Part shown: positions 1 through 10,171 of the stretch, in pieces
Position numbering within the stretch: position 1 is the first letter of the stretch
Layout: the number at the start of each line of letters is the position of its first letter
DNA from: an uncultured Gemmatimonadaceae bacterium
GTDB lineage: Bacteria; Gemmatimonadota; Gemmatimonadetes; Gemmatimonadales; Gemmatimonadaceae
Direction: 5' to 3'
NCBI GenBank assembly: GCA_963829055.1
Contig: CAWHHI010000004.1
Coordinates: 736,001 to 800,000, forward strand
DNA length: 64,000 nt
Translations under genes and position numbers: made by a program
The notes under the pieces: model-generated
Told to the model about the DNA's origin: nothing
What the model saw: only the letters and a program-made list of their open reading frames with translations
Databases searched by the model: none

Positions 1-3000
1 GGCGGCGGGTCGATGGTGCTGACGATCAGGAACGAGAAGAACCTCTCGGTCCTCGACTACGCACTGTCGGAGATGGATGTGCGCACGACCCGCTCACGGC
101 TTCGTGGCAGCATGACGTTCGGTGTCGGTGCTCCCGTGCTCATCGTGAAAGACCTCGCGCTGGAAGCGGCGCCGGTCAACTTCGATCTCATTCGGGCGCT
201 GAACGGCAAGCCGTTTCCGTACGACTGGCAGGGTGATCTGACGGGTACCGTCCGCGCGCGCGGCGGACCGGTGAACCGGTTTCACGTTGACGATGCCCGC
301 ATCACATTCGCGGATGCGAACGTGCCGGGAGCGGTGACGCGCGCAACGGGGAAAGGGGATCTCGACATCCTGTTCCCGGCGTTCACCACGTTCCGGGGAC
401 TGGACGTGGACGTAGCGCAACTGGATTTGCGCACGCTGCAGTACCTCAACCCGAACTTCCCGCGCGTCAACGGTATCGTGTCGGGCACCGCCACGCTCGA
501 CTCGATGTGGCTCGACGTCAGGCTCCGGAACGCGGACCTCACGCATCGCGACGGGCCCGGCGACTCCACGCGCGCCACCGGCAGCGGACGTGTCACCATC
601 GGCGACAAGTTCACGAGCTACGATCTCGCATTGAACGCGCAGCCGCTGTCGTTCACGACACTGGCGCGGTCGTATCCGGCACTCCCGCTGCGCGGATCCT
701 ATCAGGGTCCGCTCCGGCTGCAGGGCTCGATCGATGACCTGTCCATCACCACGGAGCTGACTGGCCCGGGCGGAACGTTCTCCTACGATGGCCGCGTCGA
801 CGCGTACCCGCGGAGCTACGCTGCGCGCGGGGCGCTGACGTTCTCGAATCTCGACGTCAGAACGCTGCTCGCCAACGACACGCTTCCGGTGACGTCGCTC
901 AACGGCCGCGTGGACCTCGACGTCGCCGCGGACTCGGCATCGCGTGATTCGACGCTGACGAGCCTCACCGGCCTCGTGTCGGCGACGATCGATCGGTCGG
1001 TCGTCGACAGCATCCGCGTCTATCAAGGGGTGGCGCGCCTCGGATTCGACAAAGGCCGAGTGCGCGTGGATACGCTGCGGATCGAGACGACGGCCGGGGT
1101 GGTGCTCGCCCACGGCGCGTTCGGCCTAACGCCGGTGGTTTCGGACTCGCTCACCTATCGGGTGAGCATCGATTCGCTCGGCGGACTTCGGCGGTACTTC
1201 GGGACCACCGTGACTCAAGGTGTGTCCGTGGCGACGACCGACTCCATCGACGGGTCGGTGGTCGTCACCGGGAGGGTGGGAGGGTCGTTGGATTCACTGG
1301 TCGTGACCGGCGATGTCAATGCGCGGGAGATCTGGGTGCGAGGCGACCAGGCGAAGCACGTGACCGGCGGCTTCGAGGTAGCGCGTGTTCGCAGTGCGCT
1401 CGCCGGGCGATTGAGCCTGCGTGCTGATACCGCGGCGGTCGCAAACGTTGGAGTCACGAGTGCCACGGTCGCGCTCCGCGCGATCGACCGTGAACACGGC
1501 GAATTCCGCGTCGAGGCGACGAGTGCGAATGGGCCACAACTCGCTGTCGTGGGAGCGGCATCGGTTGCGGGCGACACGACGGTCGTCCGATTCGACGAGC
1601 TGGCACTCGGCGTTCGCGAACACAGGCTGAGTCTCGAGCGACCGGCGACACTTACCGTGCGCCCCGATGGCGTGGCGTTGGATTCGCTTCGCATCCGTGA
1701 CGTGAATGCCGGTGTGCTCACCGTCGCGGGCACGCTGCCGACGACTGCGCCGATCGCCTTGACGATTCGCGCGGACAGCGTAGAGCTCGGAGACATCGGC
1801 GAGCTGATTCAGGCAAACGTGCCATTCGGCGGACTCGCCTCGGTGAGCGTGAACATCGCCGGCGTTCGCAGCGCGCCAGAGATCACGATCGACGGATCGC
1901 TGGACCAGCCGCGCTTCGGCGATGTCCGGCTCGATCGCGCGACGCTCGGCGGCAGCTATGTGGCGAGACGCATGCAGGCCAAGGCTGAACTGTTTCGCCG
2001 CGACCGCTCGGTCCTCGCGGTGAACGCGTCGATTCCGGTCGACCTCGCGCTCGCGTCCGTGCCCACGCGAATGCTCGCCGACTCGCTGCGAGGTAACATC
2101 CGCTCCGACAGCGTCGAACTGGCGATTCTCGAGACCGTATCGCCGGCCGTCGTGAACGCCTCCGGAACGTTCGCCGCAAATCTCGACATTGGTGGCGTGT
2201 GGCCACAGCCGACGCTCAATGGCAACCTAACGATCGCCGGCGGCGCGCTCGGACTGGTGCCGTTGGGCCGGGTGAGGCTGACCAATCTCAACGCGAATCT
2301 GAACTTTCTCGGGGACAGCGTTCACGTCGACCGGTTCACAGCGACCACGCGCGAGGAGCGTGTGGGCTCGCTGTCGCTCAGCGGGTTCGCGAGTCTCGCG
2401 AATCGCGATGACCCGCGCTTCGACCTCACCGTATCGGCGCGCGACTTTCACATCATCGACAAGCCACGCGTCGCACATCTCGATGTGTCGGCCTCGAACC
2501 TGCGCCTGGTCGGCTCGTATTCGCGATCGACGCTCACCGGCCTGATCACGGTGGAACGTGGCACCGTGTTCATCCCGGACCTCTTCGAGAAGCAGGTCAT
2601 CAGCCTCGATAGCCCCGAGCTGTACAACATCATCGACACGACGCTGACGACGAACCGCACGCTGTTGCCGAAGGCGCCGCCGGCGCTCGTGAAGAACATG
2701 CTCGTCGAGAACGTGCAGGTCCGGATGGGCAGCGACGTCTGGCTTCGATCGGCCGAGGCGAACATCAATCTGGGCGGAGCCGTTGCGGTCAGGGTGGGCC
2801 ACAGCACGTCGGAGGAGAGTCCATTCGACCAACTCGCGCTCGAGGGAACGCTCACCACGAATCGAGGCACGTACCGTCTCAACCTGGGCATAGCGCAACC
2901 GAAGTTCATCGTCGAGAGCGGGACGGTGCAGTTCCTCGGAGAACCGGATTTCAACGCGATCCTCAACATCAGCGCGTTGAACACTGTGCACCGCGTGTCC

Positions 3001-3612
3001 AGCACCAACCAGGCGGCGCAGGACGTTCGGATTCGCGTGAGGATCGGAGGCACACTCGCGCGACCGCTGCTCACGCTATCAGGCGCCGACAGCCTGCTCA
3101 ACATCTCGCAGACAGACCTGTTCAGCTATCTGCTCACCGGCGGCCCGAGCTTCGCTGTGAACAGTCAGGGCGCGACGGCTAGCCTCCTTCGATCGTTCGG
3201 CAGCTACCTCGGCGACCAACTTCGCGGCTTCGGGCTGTTCGATGTCGTGGACATCGAGCTTGGCCGCCAGGGGATTGTCGCGGGCCAGGGTTTGACCGGC
3301 GGATTGAACAGCATTTTCAGCGGCGCGCGCCTGGGTGTCGGACGCCAGCTTGGCGATCGGGCATTCGTCAGCGCGAATGCGGGACTTTGTCTGGGATCGT
3401 TGCTCGGGGGAAGCTCCAGCAACACCTCCAACCTGTACGAATCGATCGGCGTGAAGATCGACTATCGGCTCAACGAGAACGTCGGCGCGTCAGCGGCGTA
3501 CGAGCCGCCCACGAGCGCGCTGCTGTGTAGCGCGGGCATCGCGGCAGGACGCGGCTTCACGCCAACCCCGCGGCAGTGGGGCTTCGACATTTTCCGAACG
3601 TGGCGGTTTTAA
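1..3612 (+). CDS. TamB/AsmA-like translocation and assembly module protein (5' partial)
   Basis: Frame open from base 1. Long repetitive beta-rich protein with a C-terminal DUF490-like region (GTVQFLGEPDFNAILNISA...VRIGGTLARPLLTLS) ending FDIFRTWRF. Confidence 0.8.
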   Translation, partial: GGGSMVLTIRNEKNLSVLDYALSEMDVRTTRSRLRGSMTFGVGAPVLIVKDLALEAAPVNFDLIRALNGKPFPYDWQGDLTGTVRARGGPVNRFHVDDARITFADANVPGAVTRATGKGDLDILFPAFTTFRGLDVDVAQLDLRTLQYLNPNFPRVNGIVSGTATLDSMWLDVRLRNADLTHRDGPGDSTRATGSGRVTIGDKFTSYDLALNAQPLSFTTLARSYPALPLRGSYQGPLRLQGSIDDLSITTELTGPGGTFSYDGRVDAYPRSYAARGALTFSNLDVRTLLANDTLPVTSLNGRVDLDVAADSASRDSTLTSLTGLVSATIDRSVVDSIRVYQGVARLGFDKGRVRVDTLRIETTAGVVLAHGAFGLTPVVSDSLTYRVSIDSLGGLRRYFGTTVTQGVSVATTDSIDGSVVVTGRVGGSLDSLVVTGDVNAREIWVRGDQAKHVTGGFEVARVRSALAGRLSLRADTAAVANVGVTSATVALRAIDREHGEFRVEATSANGPQLAVVGAASVAGDTTVVRFDELALGVREHRLSLERPATLTVRPDGVALDSLRIRDVNAGVLTVAGTLPTTAPIALTIRADSVELGDIGELIQANVPFGGLASVSVNIAGVRSAPEITIDGSLDQPRFGDVRLDRATLGGSYVARRMQAKAELFRRDRSVLAVNASIPVDLALASVPTRMLADSLRGNIRSDSVELAILETVSPAVVNASGTFAANLDIGGVWPQPTLNGNLTIAGGALGLVPLGRVRLTNLNANLNFLGDSVHVDRFTATTREERVGSLSLSGFASLANRDDPRFDLTVSARDFHIIDKPRVAHLDVSASNLRLVGSYSRSTLTGLITVERGTVFIPDLFEKQVISLDSPELYNIIDTTLTTNRTLLPKAPPALVKNMLVENVQVRMGSDVWLRSAEANINLGGAVAVRVGHSTSEESPFDQLALEGTLTTNRGTYRLNLGIAQPKFIVESGTVQFLGEPDFNAILNISALNTVHRVSSTNQAAQDVRIRVRIGGTLARPLLTLSGADSLLNISQTDLFSYLLTGGPSFAVNSQGATASLLRSFGSYLGDQLRGFGLFDVVDIELGRQGIVAGQGLTGGLNSIFSGARLGVGRQLGDRAFVSANAGLCLGSLLGGSSSNTSNLYESIGVKIDYRLNENVGASAAYEPPTSALLCSAGIAAGRGFTPTPRQWGFDIFRTWRF

Positions 3613-4487
3613 GACGGCGCGTTCTTCTCATCGTAAACCCAGGCTCTCGCCGAGGGGCGCGGCGTCAGGCGCTCGCGACGGCGGCGTTCGCACGGCGCGG
3701 CGTGGCGTGCGACCTCGTTCTCACCGAACGACCCGGCCATGCCGCGGAGATCGCGAACGAGCGCGGACGCGCCTACGATGCGGTGTTCACGCTCGGCGGC
3801 GATGGGACCGTGATGGAGGTGATCGGCACGCTCGCTCACAGCAGCGTGCCGATCGGAGTCCTGCCCGGCGGCACCGGGAACCTCATTGCCCGCGTGCTCG
3901 ACATTCCGCTCGGTATCGCCGACGCGGTCGACGCCCTCCTCGACGGTGATGAGGCGCAGATCGACCTCGGGTCGATAGGCGGCCACCGGTTCGCATTTGC
4001 GGCGGGCGTCGGCGTGGATGCCCGGATGGTCGAGACGACGTCGACGGCGCTCAAGGGGCGATTCGGCGTGCTCGCCTACTTCTGGACCGGAGCGCGCGCC
4101 GCGCTGCAGCAGGAGCGGTTCGCGGTGATCGCCACGGTCGACGGCGTTCGACACGAGCGCACGGCCACCATGGTCATGGTGGCAAACTTCGGCGCGGTCT
4201 TCCGGGATCTCATCACCCTCGGGCCCGGAATCCGACAAGATGACGGATTGCTGGACTTGTGCGTCTTCTCTCCGAGCGGGCTGCGGGATTCGGTCCGGAT
4301 AACCTGGCGATTGCTTCGCAAGGATTTTCGCACCGATCCGTGCATGCTCTACACCGCCGGTCGGCAGATCCGAATCGAGACGGATCCGCGCCGACCAGTG
4401 CAGGCCGATGGAGACCTTGTGGGAATGACGCCGTTCGATGTCGCAGTAGAGCCGCTGGCAGCGCACGTGCTCGTGCCGCGCCGCTAG
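3600..4487 (+). CDS. Diacylglycerol kinase family lipid kinase (YegS/DAGK-like)
   Basis: Motifs IVNPGS, GGDGTVMEV, LPGGTGN, QADGD. Start uncertain (GTG 3600 or 3576). Confidence 0.9.
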   Translation: MAVLRRRVLLIVNPGSRRGARRQALATAAFARRGVACDLVLTERPGHAAEIANERGRAYDAVFTLGGDGTVMEVIGTLAHSSVPIGVLPGGTGNLIARVLDIPLGIADAVDALLDGDEAQIDLGSIGGHRFAFAAGVGVDARMVETTSTALKGRFGVLAYFWTGARAALQQERFAVIATVDGVRHERTATMVMVANFGAVFRDLITLGPGIRQDDGLLDLCVFSPSGLRDSVRITWRLLRKDFRTDPCMLYTAGRQIRIETDPRRPVQADGDLVGMTPFDVAVEPLAAHVLVPRR

Positions 4488-4493
4488 GACCAA

Positions 4494-7400
4494 GTGGCCA
4501 CTCACTCCGAGCCGGTCGCCACGCCGCTCGCCGCAGACGAGCGATGGACATCCGAGGAGACGGCGTTGCTGGAGGCGTTGCCGCCGTCGCTCGGTGGGCG
4601 ACTCCGCACGCTCCTTCGTGACCGGGATCACTATCTGGCGCTGCACGCGTCGTTGATCGACGGCGAGCGCGCGACGTCGCTCGACGAGCGGCTGCGCCTG
4701 TTCGTGCAGGCGATTCATTCGATCGGCTACGGACGGGTCGGGATCGCAATTCAGGAAAGCGACCACGAGTCGGCCCGCTGCATCGCGGTAGGGATGGAGC
4801 AGCACGAGGTGCTGACCCTCAGTAATGGGCGCCCCGGTGCAACCGATTGGAGTGCGAACGGGGTGCACGTGCTTCCGCTGCGCACCCCCGCGGGTCACCT
4901 GGTCGCCACGCTCGTAGTCGGAGAGCCTGTCGACGACGGCTCCGCGGCCGCCGCGCGCCTCCGGACGATCGACCTGTTCGCGCAACAGGTCGTCCATCAC
5001 ATCGAGCAGGTCCGGCTCTCTGAACTGACCGCGCGTCAGGCCGATCACCTTCAGCGGTTGCAGACCGTAAGCAGCGCGCTCGCTCGCTCACTCGACGAAC
5101 GCGAGATCTCCCTCGAACTCGCGCGCGGCGTCTCGCAACTCATCGCGTGCGACAGCGTAGTCGTCGTGCACCCGGACCTCGAGCGGTCGACCGTCACGCC
5201 GCTGGTGCGGCTCATCGGCAACACGGAGTACTCGTCGACGGAAGCACCGCTCGGGGACGGCGTGATCGCGCGTGTCGCGCGGACCGGCCAGCCCGTGCTC
5301 GTCGCGGAACCTCACCCGGCGGCATCCGAGCTCATCGGAGCCGACGCGCTGGTCATCGCAGCGGGAACACCGGTGGCATCGCTGCTCGCCGTGCCGCTGC
5401 GCGTGGGGCTGCGACTCGTGGCGGTGCTCGCCGTTGCAAGTGTCCAACACGATGCGTTCTCGGATTCCGATGCGGACCTGCTGCTGACGATGGGCGCCCA
5501 GGCCGCGAGCGCGTTGAGCAACGCGCGGCTCTACGCGGAGAGTCAGCGCGAACGACGTCAGACGGAAGCGCTCGCCGACGTCGCGAAGGCGGTGAGCGAG
5601 TCACTTCGGATGGGTGAGGTCATGCGCCTCATCATGCGCCACGCGATGTCGCTGCTTGGCGTGGAAGGCGCGTCCGTCGCGCTCCGCCGGGATGACTATC
5701 TCCACGTCGTTGCGGCCGGTGGCATCGGCGATGTACTGGCCGGCATCGTGCTGCCCGTGCGCGGAAGCATCAGCGGCCGAGCGGTCGTCGATCAGCAGGC
5801 GATCATCGTGAACGACGTGCCTAACGACCCGGACGTCAGTCGGCAGGCGATGCGGCTGGTCCGCGTGCGTAACACGCTCGTCGTTCCCCTGTCGACCGCG
5901 CGCGGCGTCATCGGCACGCTGTCTGTCTTCAATCGCGGCACGGACTTCGAAGAGGCGGACGCGCGTATCCTGCAGCGGCTCGCTGACCACGTTGCCGTCG
6001 CGATCGTCAACGCGCGGCTGTACGAGGAGCTGGCCGAGTCGAGTCGCGAGTGGACGGTGGCGTTCAACGCCATCCCCACCGCGATGGTCGTCATCGACGA
6101 CGACGGTCGCATCGTGCGGTACAACTCCCGCGCGCTCCAACTGGGACACTTCGAGACGCATCGCGAGCTCGTGGGCCGGCAGTTCTATGAAGCGGTGCTC
6201 GCCGAGTCGCGAGCGATCGGCGACGGTTGTCCGCTGTCGCGCGCGCTCCAGGACGGTGTGCTCGGACGAGAGACGATGCGGTCTCCCGTGCGCGGGCTCC
6301 TGTTCGATGTCGTCGCATCGCCGCACCCGAACGGCGGCGCGGTCGTGACGTTCGATGACGTGACCGCGGCGCACACGCTGGCCGAGCGCAATCGACTCGT
6401 GCTCGACACGACGAATGACGCGATCCTCGTGCTCGATCCGGAGCGTCGCATCTCGTTCGCGAATCCCGCCGCGACCGAACTGCTCTCCGGGCGAGGTGAG
6501 TTGATCGGCACGGCGCTCTCGGCGCTGGTGCCGCCAGAGCACGCCGATGAGATCGAGGCACACGCAGCGGCGACGGCGAACGGCGAGGCGAGGCGGTATG
6601 ACGCTGTGTTCGTCCGGGCGGACAACGACCGCCGCCAGGTGTCGGTGAGCCAGTCGGCGCTGCGCGATGTCACGCGCGTGATCGGGACAGTCGTCGTGCT
6701 ACGCGACATGACTGACGAGCGACGCGCGCGCGACGCGATGACACAGTCCGAAGCGCGGTATCGCAACATCTTCGAGACCGCCACCGACCCGCTGTTCACA
6801 CTCGATACGCGCGGGAGTGTCACGTCAGCGAACGACGCCACATGTCATCTGTTCGACGCATCTCGCGAGGAGCTGCTCGGGCGTCCGATCGCGGGCTGGG
6901 TCGATTCCTCTGATCGCGATGCGGTGTTGGCGGCGTTCCGCGATTCAGGACTCGGCAGAGGGCACCGGTTCGAGTGCGCCGTCGCACGAGGTAGCGGCGA
7001 GCGGCGTCGCGTGTCGGCGACCACGACGCCCATCCGGCACGGTGGACGCGTAACAGGTGTGCTGGTCCTCGCGCGAGACGTGACGGAGCATCGGGAGCGT
7101 GACGCCGCGCTGGCTCGTTCGGAAGCCCGATACACGGATCTGGTGGAGTCAGCGTCCGACGCGATCTTCACGGTCGATCGCGATGGCAACTTCACGTCGG
7201 TGAATCGCGCGCTCGAGATCGCGACCGGGAAATCGCGCGCCGAGCTTCTTGGCGCGCACTTCAATACGGTGATCGACGCCCGTGACCGCGAGGAGTGCGG
7301 GCAAACGCTGCTCGATGCGCTTCAGGGCCGACGCGAACGGCGCGAGCTTCGCTACCTGGATGGGAACGGCGTCGCGCGACCAGGGGCCATGCTCGCGTCA

Positions 7401-8588
7401 CCGGTGACCGAAGGCGACACGGTCGTTGGCGCGATGGGTGTGGTGCGCGATGTGGGTGAGGAGAAGCTGCTGGTGGAGCAGCTCGTCCAGCAGGAGAAGC
7501 TCGCCGCGATCGGGCAGCTCGTGAGCGGTGTCGCGCACGAGCTGAACAACCCGTTGGCCAGCGTGATGGCGTTCTCGCAACTCGTGCTCACGAGTGTGCA
7601 TAACGACGAGGAGCGTGACGACGCGCTGCGCACGATCAACGGCGAGGCCAAACGCGCCGCGAAGATCGTCTCGAACCTCCTCACATTCGCCCGTCAGCAT
7701 CCGCCGCAGCGCACGACGACGTCGGTCAACGACGTGCTCGCGACCGTGTTGGAGATGCGTCGTTATGTGCTCCGGGTTCACGGCATCGAGCTCGAGGAGC
7801 GACTCGACCCGAACGTGCCGCGGATCTGGGCCGATCAGTTTCAGCTGCAGCAGGTGTTCCTCAATCTCATCGGCAACGCGGAGCAGGCACTGCGCGACTG
7901 GCCGGGTGAGCATCGCATCCACGCGACCACGGAAGTGCGCGGCGGTCGCATCCTCGTCACCGTGCGCGATTCGGGGCCGGGCATTCCGGCGGCCGAGATC
8001 GATCGCGTGTTCAATCCGTTCTACACGACGAAGGCGATCGGGAAGGGCACAGGGCTTGGGCTGTCGGTTTCCGACGGCATCATCCGCGAGCACGGCGGCT
8101 CGATTCGCGTCGAGGCGCGCGATCAGGGCGCGTCGTTCGTCGTCGATCTTCCGATCATCGCGCCGCCTGGCGCCGAGCCGATTGGCGGAGCCGAGCCGGT
8201 TGTACACCCGTCGGGCGATCGTGCGCTGACAATGTTGGTCGTCGACGACGAGCCTGCCATCCGATCGGCCATCGTGCGGTACTTCGGCGGGCTCGGGCAC
8301 ACTGTCGATGCGGCGGGCACAGGAGCGGAGGCGTATGCGCTGCTCGAGAGTCGTCGCTATGATGCACTGCTGCTCGATCTGCGAATGCCGGACACGAGCG
8401 GCGATGCCATCTACCGCGACCTCCTCGAGCGCGATCCGACGCACGCATCGCGAGTCATCTTCCTCACGGGGGATGTGCAGAGCGACTCCACCCAGCGGTT
8501 CATCGAGGAGACCGGGCGCGCGAGTGTCATGAAGCCGTTCACGTTCGACGAGCTCACCCGGGCGGTGCTCGCTCAGGCTGCGCGCTGA
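4494..8588 (+). CDS. Cytoplasmic hybrid sensor histidine kinase (GAF x2, PAS x4, HisKA, HATPase, REC)
   Basis: H-box VAHELNNPL, N-box QVFLNLIGNA, G-boxes DSGPGI and GTGLGL, C-terminal REC (VVDDE...LLDLRMP). No obvious TM helix. Confidence 0.92.
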   Translation: MATHSEPVATPLAADERWTSEETALLEALPPSLGGRLRTLLRDRDHYLALHASLIDGERATSLDERLRLFVQAIHSIGYGRVGIAIQESDHESARCIAVGMEQHEVLTLSNGRPGATDWSANGVHVLPLRTPAGHLVATLVVGEPVDDGSAAAARLRTIDLFAQQVVHHIEQVRLSELTARQADHLQRLQTVSSALARSLDEREISLELARGVSQLIACDSVVVVHPDLERSTVTPLVRLIGNTEYSSTEAPLGDGVIARVARTGQPVLVAEPHPAASELIGADALVIAAGTPVASLLAVPLRVGLRLVAVLAVASVQHDAFSDSDADLLLTMGAQAASALSNARLYAESQRERRQTEALADVAKAVSESLRMGEVMRLIMRHAMSLLGVEGASVALRRDDYLHVVAAGGIGDVLAGIVLPVRGSISGRAVVDQQAIIVNDVPNDPDVSRQAMRLVRVRNTLVVPLSTARGVIGTLSVFNRGTDFEEADARILQRLADHVAVAIVNARLYEELAESSREWTVAFNAIPTAMVVIDDDGRIVRYNSRALQLGHFETHRELVGRQFYEAVLAESRAIGDGCPLSRALQDGVLGRETMRSPVRGLLFDVVASPHPNGGAVVTFDDVTAAHTLAERNRLVLDTTNDAILVLDPERRISFANPAATELLSGRGELIGTALSALVPPEHADEIEAHAAATANGEARRYDAVFVRADNDRRQVSVSQSALRDVTRVIGTVVVLRDMTDERRARDAMTQSEARYRNIFETATDPLFTLDTRGSVTSANDATCHLFDASREELLGRPIAGWVDSSDRDAVLAAFRDSGLGRGHRFECAVARGSGERRRVSATTTPIRHGGRVTGVLVLARDVTEHRERDAALARSEARYTDLVESASDAIFTVDRDGNFTSVNRALEIATGKSRAELLGAHFNTVIDARDREECGQTLLDALQGRRERRELRYLDGNGVARPGAMLASPVTEGDTVVGAMGVVRDVGEEKLLVEQLVQQEKLAAIGQLVSGVAHELNNPLASVMAFSQLVLTSVHNDEERDDALRTINGEAKRAAKIVSNLLTFARQHPPQRTTTSVNDVLATVLEMRRYVLRVHGIELEERLDPNVPRIWADQFQLQQVFLNLIGNAEQALRDWPGEHRIHATTEVRGGRILVTVRDSGPGIPAAEIDRVFNPFYTTKAIGKGTGLGLSVSDGIIREHGGSIRVEARDQGASFVVDLPIIAPPGAEPIGGAEPVVHPSGDRALTMLVVDDEPAIRSAIVRYFGGLGHTVDAAGTGAEAYALLESRRYDALLLDLRMPDTSGDAIYRDLLERDPTHASRVIFLTGDVQSDSTQRFIEETGRASVMKPFTFDELTRAVLAQAAR

Positions 8589-9946
8589 TGTCGTCCGTTC
8601 TCATCGTCGATGACGAGCGTCCCATCACCGACGCGTTCGCGGCGTTCTTCGAGCGTCACGGGAATCACACCGTGACGTGCGCGTACACGGGCGCGGATGC
8701 GATCGCCGCGTTCGAGGCATCGCGCCCGGATCTCGTACTGCTCGACCTGCGGCTTCCGGACATGACCGGCTTCGACGTGTACGCGCGCATTCGCGAGCAC
8801 TCGCCGGCGGTGATCATGATCAGTGGCCACGGCGACATTCCGCTCGCGGTGCAGGCGCTGCAGAGTGGGGCGGAGAACTTTCTGACAAAGCCCGTGGAGC
8901 TGCCGCACCTCGAGGTGGCGGCAGAACGGGCATTCGAGAAAGTTCGCCTGCGACAGCTGAATCAGTACCTCAGCGAGCGCAGAAGCGGTGGCGTTGCCGC
9001 AACGTTCGCGTTGGGCAGGTCGCCAGTGATGCGCGACCTCTCGGCGCAGGTGGAACTGCTCGCGGCGAGCGATCGCACCACCGTGCTGCTGCTCGGCGAG
9101 AGCGGAGCGGGCAAGGGGCGCGTGGCCGAGTTGATCCATGCGCACAGTCCGCGTCGGACGCAGGCGTTCGTCGAGGTGAACTGTGCGGCGCTCACGGCGG
9201 ACGCGCTCGACGTGACGCTCTTCGGCCAGGACACGGTCACGCACGGCGCTGGCGGAGAATCACGCGCGGGACTGTTCGAGGTCGCCGCTGGCGGCACGTT
9301 GTTTCTGGATGAAATCGGCGAGGTCGGGACGCACCTGCAGGCGCGCCTGCTTCGCGTGCTCGAGGGCAAGGCGTCGCGACGGGTTGGAGGAACGCGCGAG
9401 ATCGCGGCCAACGTGCGCATCATCGCGGCGACGAATCGCGATCTCGTCACCGAGGTGAACGAGGGTCGGTTCCGCGAGGATCTGTACTACCGGCTCAGCG
9501 TGATGCCTCTGTACCTTCCTCCGCTCCGTGCCCGGTCGCGTGAAGATCTCGTCGAGCTCATCGGGCGCATCGTGGATGACCTCCGGCCGCACCTCCCGGC
9601 GGCGCCGCACGCTATCAGCGATGAAGCACTCGATCGACTGCTGCGCCACGCGTGGCCTGGGAACATTCGCGAGCTACGGAACGTGCTCGAGCGCGCGATG
9701 ATCGTCGGGCGAGGGATGGAGCACATCGATGCCCAGCATCTGCCGGCGGAGGTTCGCGATTCGTCGGCGCCCAGCACCGACCATCACGTGCCACGCACGC
9801 TCGAGGAAATCGAGCGCTCTCACATCGAGCGAACGCTCAGGGCGCATAACGCGAATCGCACGCACGCGTCGCGCGAGCTGGGGATTTCCCGCGCGACGCT
9901 GATCAAGAAAATCAAGGAATACGGGATCACCTCGCGCGCCCGCTGA
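8588..9946 (+). CDS. NtrC-family response regulator (REC-AAA+-Fis HTH) lacking the GAFTGA loop
   Basis: REC domain, Walker A GESGAGK, Walker B LFLDEIGE, WPGNIREL, C-terminal HTH LGISRATL. Start overlaps the kinase stop. Confidence 0.9.
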   Translation: MSSVLIVDDERPITDAFAAFFERHGNHTVTCAYTGADAIAAFEASRPDLVLLDLRLPDMTGFDVYARIREHSPAVIMISGHGDIPLAVQALQSGAENFLTKPVELPHLEVAAERAFEKVRLRQLNQYLSERRSGGVAATFALGRSPVMRDLSAQVELLAASDRTTVLLLGESGAGKGRVAELIHAHSPRRTQAFVEVNCAALTADALDVTLFGQDTVTHGAGGESRAGLFEVAAGGTLFLDEIGEVGTHLQARLLRVLEGKASRRVGGTREIAANVRIIAATNRDLVTEVNEGRFREDLYYRLSVMPLYLPPLRARSREDLVELIGRIVDDLRPHLPAAPHAISDEALDRLLRHAWPGNIRELRNVLERAMIVGRGMEHIDAQHLPAEVRDSSAPSTDHHVPRTLEEIERSHIERTLRAHNANRTHASRELGISRATLIKKIKEYGITSRAR

Positions 9947-9973
9947 CGGCGCGCGCAATTCTGGGGGAACGAG

Positions 9974-10171
9974 ATGGCCGAGCTGCGCGAGCGAGACGCC
10001 ATGGTGTGCCGGGCGTGCAGGAAGGAGGAGCGCGCGTCGGAGGGCTACCCGTGCTCCGACTGTGGTCGCTTCATCTGCAACATGTGCAACATGCGCGGCG
10101 TGCTCCGGTGTGAGGACTGCGCACAGCCCGCGGGCGCGTCGGCGGTGAAGGCTCCCGCAACCGGCGCGTGA
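9974..10171 (+). CDS. Small Cys-rich putative double zinc-binding protein
   Basis: 65 aa with four CxxC pairs. GGGGG SD-like site upstream. Stop overlaps the next start (GTGA). Confidence 0.7.
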   Translation: MAELRERDAMVCRACRKEERASEGYPCSDCGRFICNMCNMRGVLRCEDCAQPAGASAVKAPATGA

